Shown in pieces: positions 35,694 to 45,554 of a stretch of 64,000 nucleotides of DNA. The position numbers and the translations under genes were made by a program. The stretch lies in contig JAAPAO010000106.1 in the NCBI GenBank assembly GCA_013115145.1, positions 1-64,000 on the forward strand. The letters run 5' to 3'. The notes below the pieces were generated by a model. That model was not told the DNA's origin, did not search any database, and saw only the letters and a list, made by a program, of their open reading frames with translations. Origin of the DNA: Perkinsus chesapeaki ATCC PRA-425. Lineage: Eukaryota > Protista > Perkinsozoa. Position 1 is the first letter of the stretch. Every line of letters begins with the position of its first letter.

Positions 35694-36725
35694 TTATGCT
35701 TCCATACAGGATGCTATCGCGTCAACCATTTTAGGGAGATCATCTTCATCGAGGAAATTATGATGTGCCTCGATGGTGCGAACTTGACCATGACCTTCCG
35801 GCATCTGATCCATGAACAACTTTTGTACTTTTTCTCTCAATTGCGGGTTAGTGTATTTATCAATAGTAGGATGTATAATAAATGCTCCTTGAAGCTTTAC
35901 TAAGGGCTCAACGCTTGGCTCAATAGGCATATCTTTCAGCTCCCATGCTAGCATTCTTTCAATATTACGCAGGAATTTACCGTGGCAGATCTCCCTACCA
36001 GCATCACGCATTGGAACGGATGAGGGAACGAGGGCAAGAATACCACTTAGTATGGGACGGAACCATGACAGAACGGACAAGGTGGGACGGGTACCATAGC
36101 GAAGGCGATTGTAGTTTGAGAATCTACAAATTGTCGGAGCAAGTAGACCAACTTCGAACTTAACCGTGGGGAAATTGTGACGTATCTTACCGATAAAATT
36201 AAGCAATATAAAAGCACCGATAGAATGACCTAGTAACAGAACTCTTTCATGTTTGGTTGGGTCAATTCTTCTAGACAACAGACGAACATGATGATCGACT
36301 TGCTGCTGTAGAGTGTCGAAAACCCTCTCACTTGTCTGGGAGTGACCGGCATGACCTTCCACCAGGACTTCTGCCCCAGGGAACTTGCCTACCAATAGCA
36401 TGGCGAACTCGCGATATAAAGATACGACCGCTGGATTACCCGGAATAACAACAATCAATAAACCAGTATAAGGAGCTTCCTTGGACTTATGCATATCTTT
36501 ATCGGCTAACCAAAAAGAGTCAGAATTCACGTGACTAGTGACACGCCGTCGGACCAAATGACGAACCTTGCCCTTGGTGATACCATTACCCTTCTGAACC
36601 TTGGTACAGGACTCAACAGACAGATCAGAGGCAGTTGTCGTAGCAGCAGATGAAGTATCACTTCTACGACTCTTAACGGTAGCCGTCATCATAAAGGGAA
36701 CTAAGAATAGCTGAAAGAGGAACAC
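35694..36725 (-). CDS. Lipid droplet-associated hydrolase-like alpha/beta hydrolase (intronless)
   Basis: VVIPGNPAVVSLYREF, GHAGH and nucleophile elbow GHSIG motifs. Confidence 0.8.
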   Translation of the reverse strand: MFLFQLFLVPFMMTATVKSRRSDTSSAATTTASDLSVESCTKVQKGNGITKGKVRHLVRRRVTSHVNSDSFWLADKDMHKSKEAPYTGLLIVVIPGNPAVVSLYREFAMLLVGKFPGAEVLVEGHAGHSQTSERVFDTLQQQVDHHVRLLSRRIDPTKHERVLLLGHSIGAFILLNFIGKIRHNFPTVKFEVGLLAPTICRFSNYNRLRYGTRPTLSVLSWFRPILSGILALVPSSVPMRDAGREICHGKFLRNIERMLAWELKDMPIEPSVEPLVKLQGAFIIHPTIDKYTNPQLREKVQKLFMDQMPEGHGQVRTIEAHHNFLDEDDLPKMVDAIASCMEA

Positions 36726-36739
36726 TACAACCCACCACT

Positions 36740-36821
36740 GAGTGTTTGTCCGAGCGGTTAAGGGGTCAGGCTCAACATCCTACGGGCAGCGCTCGCGTAG
36801 GTTCGATCCTCGCAGGACTTA
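36740..36821 (+). pseudogene. Degenerate tRNA-Leu(CAA)-like sequence
   Basis: Leu-type D-loop TCCGAGCGGTTAAGG, CTCAA anticodon loop, long variable arm and GGTTCGATCC, but several mismatches in the anticodon, T and acceptor stems. Confidence 0.5.
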
Positions 36822-37144
36822 TATACCGCAGAAGAACTCAAAGACTTGTAGAGGGTTGAAGAATGGATAACATTTAATAAAGTTGCCAATAAAAAGTCAA
36901 ACATGCTGAGGTAACATCATCACTACTCTTCAAAAACTGGATCATACTCCCCCAGAGGAGCGCGTGCCTGACAATACAGGATAACGCACCACAAGGAAAG
37001 TGACAGATATACGATTTGACATTCTCTATCATGGCCAACTGAATCCTAGACGAACCGAGAAGGCATAATGATCTCAGACGGTGGAGTTTTTGGACCCATT
37101 CCGAAGCCCCATTAAATGCCTTTTATGATTCAATGCATTAACTC

Positions 37145-39017
37145 TCATCCGAGCTCGACGACGACGACACTCTGCCCTACCTTCCCCATATCTCGTGTTA
37201 TATTCTTTTGATGAGCTTCTAATGTACCTCCACCTATCTCCAATAACTTGGCATCCCGCCATAGTCTTTCAACTACATATTCCCCAACATAACCGTATCC
37301 ACCGAGACACTAATAATCATCAACACTCTCCATGTCACCTCCTTCACCCTCACCTGTATAGCTCTATCAGCTACATCCTTCGCCATACTTGTTGCAAATA
37401 GTTTCACGCCATCTGAATCCGATCTCGACCCACTAGCTGTATCCAACCTCAACTGCCCAGCAACAGCATACCTAACCCATCCAACCTAAACCGCCTAGAA
37501 CCCCCGAAACCCCTACACATATGCCCGCGCTGCTGCCCACTGGGCGTAGGAGTCTGCAAAATGCCTTTGAATTTGGCCAAAGTCTGCCAAGGGCTTTCCA
37601 AAGGACTTTCTTTCATGTGCGTAGGCCAACATAGCATCCAGACACCTTTATAAATAAGCTCTACCACCTCCATTGCTAGTAGGCAAAACTACTACCTGCG
37701 CGCTATACCCAAACTCATAGCCGCCAAGGTAACTCTTTCAATCTCTAAATTACGCATCATTGGCACCAATCCTTTACCTGATAAGACCAACTTAGCAATC
37801 TAATCACCACTAACGATGCCACCTAAATCACCGACAAGATTCTCTTTGGGAATCTTAACTCCATCAAAAACAAGCTCAGCAGTGCTAGATGCTCTCATAC
37901 CGCACTTATCAGTGATTTTCTGCCCCACTTTAAATCCTACAACACAACGATCATACAAACACTCTGACAATCTAACCTTCCATCCCCTTCTCCACTATGA
38001 ACAATGACAGCCCTTCTGGCGCCTTGGCATATACCTACCCAGGATGCATGCTGTTAATCACTTAATTGTTATCTTCACTAAACAACAGTCACCAAGTTGA
38101 ACCCCTTCCGCTTCGGTATCAATACACCCATTTGTTATCCACATTTTGCTACCATTTAACCTTATAAAAATACCCCATGCGAGGATCGAACCAGGGACCT
38201 TTCGAATACCAACCTCCATCCATCCCCATCTGGAGTAGCCTTCGTCGTCATTGCCATAACATCCGTACCGCATCCTGGCTCACTCATGCCCATACTGCCA
38301 ATAATTTTCCCAGATATAGCCGACGGCAGTAGCCTACAGAGCCTGCCTCCATTCATAGTTATATCACCTTTACCTTTCTTTTTGCTCCTCTGATCCGTTG
38401 TGATATAAATTATTAACAAACAGCATAGAGTGTGCCAGATAGCTCAAGCATAAGCCTGGATCAGAATACGACAGCTCCTGACAATACCGTCAATTGGTTC
38501 GTATACGTGCTCCTCGCCAGAATACTGTCCTCCTAACCTCGGCTCCAACTCAGTCTACAATCCCTTTTCTCTCTCTTCTATATAAAATTAACTCTTCACC
38601 ACCCGGAAAATTATCCGAAATTTTCCCAGTGACTTTGAAATTATTAACCCTACTACTTCATGCGCTATAACAGCAGCAACAGCATCCATACCACTACCAC
38701 CGTACTCCTCCGATACACAGATGCCATATAAACCTATGATAAGGGAATCATCTGACAGCTTGCGTCAGATAAGCGTCCCTCTCGTACCGAGATCTCCTAG
38801 CTCTCTAAGTAGAGGTAAGTTACACTTCTCCAGGCGATCGTGATGAAGAGCTTGTGGTTCAACCTAGGGAAATATAGCTCCCCAAAATATAGGGAAATAT
38901 CACTTTATTAGCCACGAAGGATCTTAACATATTTCTCAAAGCACTGTGGTCTGAGGTAGGTGTAAGGAGCTTATGTAGCAGCCCAGAGGTGGTGGTACGG
39001 ACTACTTTTGATGACAT
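37145..39017 (-). CDS. Acyl-CoA dehydrogenase, isovaleryl-CoA dehydrogenase-like (multi-exon)
   Basis: MGMSEPGCGTDV, RLNGSKMWITNG, EEYGGSGMD, WRDAKLLEIGGGT motifs; mitochondrial-type N-terminus. Confidence 0.85.
38161..38213 (-). other. 53-nt intron containing tRNA 3'-fragment-like element (sense)
   Basis: GTTGGTATTCGAAAGGTCCCTGGTTCGATCCTCGCATGGGGTATTTTTATAAG. Its removal is required to restore the conserved ACAD motif DGDGWRLNGSKMWITNG. Confidence 0.85.
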
Positions 39018-39129
39018 AACAGTGGAAAAGCTAAATAAATTAATAATAACTACTAACACAACCGACTTCATCATTATCTTCATTATCATTATCAATTGTG
39101 ACCGTTAACCATGACCATCGTGCCCATCC

Positions 39130-41298
39130 TTCATCCACTTCTACTGCCTTGTCTCTGCTCTGTCTACCCTCCCTATCATCCATCTCAGGTAGCAAAGAGC
39201 CCCAGGAACTGCCTATCTAGACTGGTACTAAATGGCACCTGTATATCCTGTCCATCCTGCCCCCTAACTGTTGTCGATGTTGACCATTGCATAACTTGAC
39301 CACCATTAGCACTACAACTAACCGGTCTAGTGCCCCCACCACCATTCCCTCTCGTACTCCCCCTACACCTGGTCTGTGGTCTACCATCTGTCACCTATAT
39401 CACGAAAATATACTATCCCCTGCCATTCCAGTCATTACATCACTCCTAGCCTGCCTTCCTGACCTACTCCTAGTCCCTCTACTACCAGTACTGGTATCTG
39501 GTCTACTTTGTTGTTGGATATCATTTATCTATAATAAGCACGATAACATTCATCACTGCTCCTCCTCTACCTACCGCAGCTCTATCAGCCGATGGTATCC
39601 TAGTCTGCCTCCTCCTATTCGCTGTCGACATCACAGGCGGCGGCCTCTGTTGGCTTGATCCATCCTACAACCAACCGTCATCCACTCCTTCAATCACATA
39701 CCAACCTGTTCCCGTCTAGATGATGACCGTCCTTGAGTTGATCGATTCGATAATCTCAAGGGTATTGTCAACGGTTCTACACCGTTACGAGTTGTTACTG
39801 ATAATGGTACCGTCTCCCCGCAAGAAGAGGATGAAGCTGATGGCGGAGAGAACTCGTTCTCCTGATAATTAAAGATAAAAATACCCCTACCAGGGATCGA
39901 ACTCACGTCAGCACAGAAGTTAGGGGGCGGTATTTCCTCCCCTCCTCCCTGACCATGCTGCCAAGGGAACTGATCCCAATGTGAGCTATAGTCCCCTTCA
40001 GTGGATGATGATAACGGTTGCTGCTGTCTTAAACCATTCTCATCTGGTTCCTCCACCAATAGACCTACAACAGATAATACTCAACCACTACGGGTGGCCT
40101 TAACCTAATACTATTGGTTGGTTTCACTGCATTAGTCGGCTGTGACCTCCTATTACTTTGTTGCTGCCCTCCTCCTCCTCCAGTATCTACTACTTCATTA
40201 TCCCCCTTATCGCCCTCTATAGGACCTACCTCTTTGGCTCCTAGATCTCCTATTCCAACTAGAAGGCCGCTTTACAGTAGATGTAGTGGTAGAGGTAAAG
40301 TCTTCGATTAAAATACCATCATCATCACCCTCATCATCAGATATGTACGCACCAACGGTACTACTACCATCATCACCTATCCAACATGAATCTCCATCAA
40401 CCCTCTGCACCTCCCTACCTCCACCATGTGCTCTAACCTGCTGCTCCCCACCCGGCCGGCATCTTCTCGACCTTGGTGCTGCCCACGAGCCCTAAGATAC
40501 TTCATCACAATAAGTAATAAATGTATTATTACCCCTGTAACCATTTGACCATTGATATGTGCCAATAGTGCAGGATTGCTCCTCCTTGCCGAGCCCCCTC
40601 TCCTACTAGGTGGTCTCTTGGCTAGGGTAGCGACCGATTCTGTTGTCAATGGTCCCGGCTTCCTTTCCCTTTCAAATGCATCAGTAACCCTTTGTATGGT
40701 AAATAACTGAGGTAATACTATCCCACTTTGCCCTATATATTCTCCTACCCCAGCAGCTGTACCATTTTTTCTCGACGGCGGTCTCTTCACCGGTCTCTTA
40801 TCTATATCATCATCCACCACCACCGAAGAAGCATCGTCAGCATTATCATTAATTCCTTTACAACTACTAGATGCTATTAATAGACCACCCATACCCCATT
40901 CGTTATTCGAGTGATGATGACGACCTGCATTTATTAATTATTCTGACACCTCTAGCTGTCCTCCTTACCACCATCCTTCTTTAATTGTTGCATTGACCTT
41001 AACATTTGAGCCCCTTGTTGTGCTACTAAATTAGCCCTATCAATAACCCCATTAGCTCCACCATCCTTGGCCATAGTTCCTTTACGAGCCATCTTAACAG
41101 GCTTTGCCATATTACCACCAGCACTCCCCCTGGAGGCAGGTGGCCTACAGGAAGTACCTAAGTCAACCTAAAGATACGCCTCCTGTTTAGGGTAATACCC
41201 TGCCCTCCTCTAGTGCTGGTTTGCCTGGTCTCTGGTGATGATGTAGCTGGACGACGATACTGTCGAAGATCGTTGCTAATAGGTGATATAGTAGGCAT
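39130..41298 (-). CDS. Low-complexity Ser/Pro/Arg/Gly-rich hypothetical protein (multi-exon, boundaries approximate)
   Basis: A chain of open segments (ORFs 39694..40059, 40207..40410, 40377..40892) with GT-AG flanks. No domain recognised. Confidence 0.4.
39862..39906 (-). other. 45-nt candidate intron beginning inside a tRNA T-arm-like element
   Basis: GTGAGTTCGATCCCTGGTAGGGGTATTTTTATCTTTAATTATCAG; strong GTGAGT donor and CAG acceptor; in-frame length. Confidence 0.6.
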
Positions 41299-41418
41299 TG
41301 TAATAAAGCTCAATGATCGCAGCACGACAATTAAAATGGTCAATTACAGCGGAGCGAAGCGATTCACGAATACACATTTTGTTTTTCCGTTCTTCATCCG
41401 ACATAGAATTGATTATCA

Positions 41419-43500
41419 ATGAAGTTTGGCAAGAATATATCAGTACAACAAGAGCAGCGACCAGACCTGCATTATCTACAGTACCACTTGGATGCACGCG
41501 TATCAACCTCGAAAATATCTTCAGGTACAAGCCCCTTAAAAAGGTTCTTAAACGGTCATTGCGAAGTGGTAACGATGGTGACCAAGCTGGAGCATTCGAG
41601 CGGGCTCTAGAGGAAGAGGTAAAAGGGAATAGGAGAAGGGGCTTTGTATTGCTTTCTATAGATTGATGAGGTCAATAAATCCTTTAGTGAGCATGCACAG
41701 GAGATACAGGATCAGATAACAGTACTGAGCTCAGAAGGATCTAGTAAGGATCAACCTAAGATACTCAACCACATGCTTATTAACCTTAGCGGAATCTTCT
41801 GCATCCGATAGACTACGAGCATTGATGGGTTTAAGTCGGGCAGTTGATGAATTAAGAAAGTTCGCCGTGTGGAACGCCGTCGGTGTCGTAAAGATACTGA
41901 AGAAAAGGAATAAGCTCCAGTAGGTTAACACCATTAGATTCCATAATACCTATGAATAGGTCAAAGCTGATGGAGAAAAATGGTCCTGGGGAATTGAAGG
42001 ACCCAACTCAGGTCGATGAGGAAAGGGCACGATGGTTGAGACGCCAGACGTTCTTCACCGGCACTGATTTTGCTGAACTACAGGTCAGTGAGGGCTGGTT
42101 ATTAAAGTAAATATACTACATTGATTACTAAGTCGATGGCTAACTACGTCAAATTCGGCCCTCGGAAATTTCGTGACGACACGGCTCAATCAGGGCAGCT
42201 TTGAAGTTTTTTAGCAAAGCCCGAGTTAATGGCCGCACCCGGGTGGAGAAATCCATATTAGAGGTAGCCCAGCAGTAGCAGCGGCCTCCACTTTCAGGCG
42301 TCTATAGAGTCCCTATCGAACGCCCTTTGCCGTGAAAGGCTACACGAGCTCGGCCCTGAGAAGTTACCGTCTCAGCTAGTCCTCGCTGAGGATGACGACT
42401 GTCCGGTCGGAATGTTCAGGGATGAACGATGTCCAATCTGCCTGGAGAAGTGCAGTGATGTTGTGGAGCTGTCGACATGTGAACATAAATTTTGCTGGAA
42501 ATGTTTCGTCCTCGGCCCCATCGCCTTCGCTCCTGGCGAGTACCGTTTTGATCGGTGTCCGATTTGCCGAAGAGAACAGCCACTGGATCCCACTGTTAAT
42601 TTTAAGACCGATACCAACTCCAACTCGACGACTAATATGCTGCTCCGAATGGCCAAATACGTGGATGTAGATGACTCCAACGAGCCTGCTGATGATAAAG
42701 AATCTTCCGGAAAAGAGGACGGCTCCGTTGCAGCAGTTCACCAGCCCAGCACAAGTTCCTTTTTCTCGACTTTGCCGCCATCAACTGGGCATAAGTCTCC
42801 CGAGTCCGGTATGTCATCCGAAAAGAGCTCTCAGCAAAACGCCGCGTGGACGGGTAACGCCGGAGAAGGCATGTATAGTCAGTTTTGCTCCTTGTGTTGC
42901 GAGCCATTACTTCTGGACGCTGTGGTGACGACTCCATGCAAGCATCACTTCCACAGACACTGTCTTCAGCGGCAGACAACAACTACATGCCCCCTGTGTG
43001 GAGCCAAAGACCTCCCTCTAGAGCTCTTTATGCCGAGACATATGCAAGCACAAGTTAGGGCTTTGGGGAGCTGGAAAGTATGTTCCTGTGAATGTCAAAG
43101 TGAGGATATTCTTCCTGACGGGCCTTGTTGCCAATGTTACGGTTGGCGTCTTCACTCACCACCTCCGAGCAACCTCTACACCGTTAATGGCCCGGTCACT
43201 AGCTATCTCCATCTGTTACCAAAATCAGCATGGTCTAAAGTCAGTCCAATGCACACTTACGGTAATGGTATCTTTCCGTCTGATTTTGTTGGTGATAATG
43301 ATTATGATGACGAGTCCAGTAGTGACTCTAGTAGTAGCTATTGTGACTCAGTGTGCGGTATGGATGACCATAATGCCTACTTCGCATCCTGTGGACCGTT
43401 GCCGTCGTTCAATAAAGATCTTGCGGAAATCACCGCTAGTGTTCATCGCCGCAGAGACCTGGCTGAGGAGGAATTTATGCACTCTGGTGTCCCTCATTAA
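41419..43500 (+). CDS. SPX domain + two RING fingers (NLA/BAH1-like E3 ligase architecture)
   Basis: SPX N-terminus MKFGKNI...YLQYKPLKKVLK and ELRKFAVWNAVGVVKILKKRNK, spliced in frame to RING 1 (CPICLEKC...CEHKFCWKC...CPIC) and RING 2 (CSLC...CKHHFHRHC...CPLC). Confidence 0.75.
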
Positions 43501-43650
43501 CAACCCTGGTTAACGTAGTTACTATAAAACTCACTTTGTAAGATAATCTCATCGGTGCCTAGATTATAAATATTGTATACTTAACCATTCTTGGTCTCCG
43601 AGTTCAACAATATGCCCTATCACCAATTAGACTGTTATTTTACATTAGTG

Positions 43651-44875
43651 ATGACTGATACTATCGCCACTTCAAACAGCACTTCCTGTTCATCGGTGCT
43701 TCGACGGGACAAGTCCGGCTTCAGTCCTGCTGGGACCTGGAAACCAACTGCCGAGTAAGATTGATATAATATCACTAACTTACATCATACGCAGGTTCAG
43801 AAAGCGTGCTGGATGTGTAGTTTTCAATCAAGCTGGTAAGTAGCTATTGCATATCTTTATTATGCAACTTATTAGGTGATTCCGTTTTACTTGTCAACTC
43901 ACGTCGACATGGTGCCTTAACACATACCATACCGAGTGGTAAAGTAGAAGGATTTGATCAGACTCTAGAAGCTGCAGCGGTACGAGAGACCCTTGAAGAG
44001 GTAGTCTTGAGCAATAATAAAGCTCCCGCCGCCACCGCCGCCGGAGCTCGACCCAAGGCATCTCAAGGCATGAAGATATATTTTTGTGTATCGGTATTAT
44101 GCGTTTATCATTTCTTTTTGCATATGGCTGAAAAAGCATACCGAAACTCCATCGTCCAAGCAGGCAATACAATCCCGCTTGTGCACGGTTAGTTTTTGTG
44201 GGATTCTCCCCCCCTTAGTTTTCTCCTTAACCCCTTCTCTTATTTTTATATTACATACCGACCATCGAACTGATCATTGTTAGTCTTATACTATCCAAAA
44301 ATCATCACGCAAGAGTTCACAGACACTTCATGTGCCGCCAGAATATTCGAAATAATTAAACTCTCTTTTGTTGCTCAAAATGCTCAATTGTATCTCCACA
44401 TTAAGACAGCTTTTTCCTTTCCGAGGAACATAGACTCCTTGTTGGAAGACCCAGCAGATTGTAGTTGTTGTTTCTTCTTCTTTCAGGCCGGAGTAATGTG
44501 TACCGTTATGGGTGACCTTGGATGGTTTAGATCACATGACAAGAGCGGCAGCCCTAAAGCTACTAGAGTCTTTTATGGCCGCTGTGAAAAGATACTCGAT
44601 AATTGGCGAGAAGTACGCTATTACATCCAATGTCATTCACCTTTTATTTTAGGAGCGTTTTAGAGACCGTCTGTGGTGTACTATTCCGGAAGCCATGGCT
44701 CTATTGGGCAGTGATCGACCTTTATATCAGATGGCTATTAGCATGGCCCATGATGTAGATGGTAGTTGTTATTAATGTCATTTATCTACTGTTATAGGTT
44801 TACATCCACACACCGATGGAGCTATTGGATTTGCCTAACAACGCTTCCTCTAGTACGACTGATTCTCAGAATTAG
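43651..44875 (+). CDS. Nudix hydrolase, DIPP/NUDT3-like (diphosphoinositol polyphosphate phosphohydrolase)
   Basis: FRKRAGCVVF...VLLVNSRRH...GKVEGFDQTLEAAAVRETLEE|AGV...ILDNWRE...RLWCTIPEAMALL parallels the NUDT3 layout; the Nudix box is split by the 44001..44486 intron. Confidence 0.75.
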
Positions 44876-45554
44876 TTACCAACAACGACGAGGTCGCCGC
44901 CGTGCCACCTTGATTTCGTATTTCATCGAGACTACCATTCGTCCATGTCGTCGACCTTCCATTTAATTGCCTAATTCTAGAGTTAATTCTCATCATCGCT
45001 TGGCGCTTATCATCATTATCGAACCAACATAATCCAGCATCGCCGTAATCACCCGTAAAGAACCGCCGTAGTCATCAATCCTTATACCATCATACCCTTT
45101 TGTTTATTAGTCTTCTTCTTCCTCCTCCGGTGGTGGTGGTGTCGATGGTATGAGATATAGCGCTATAATGATAGCTAGTATCGATTGTGTTGTCCTGACG
45201 ACGACCACTCACAGAGTTCTGAAGGGTCATTACTTCTACTAAGTGGCCGTTTGTGTCTAAACTTATCGTACTGTTTGTTTGGTAAGTTTCATTTATTAGT
45301 ATAATAATACGCAGTGACTGTTGCTGTATTATAGTTCATCTCATATTATCCATCGTATCTCGTTCATCATCGTCAATCTCCTATAAACTGCTTAAACCAA
45401 TCATAACGATCGTCATCGTTATTATGGCTTGGATGTGTGTCCTGGTATCCGTCCTGCACCTCTACATTGTCATACTTAGTATTCACCACCCACAGTTACT
45501 CAATTTCCTATCACTGCACCTTTTTGTTAAACTAAAGTCAATTAATCAGTAATG

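Noticed and set aside
44737-44749. ATTAGCATGGCCC matching a U6 snRNA segment
   Set aside because: It lies in a coding exon (AISMAH) and no other U6 sequence is adjacent.
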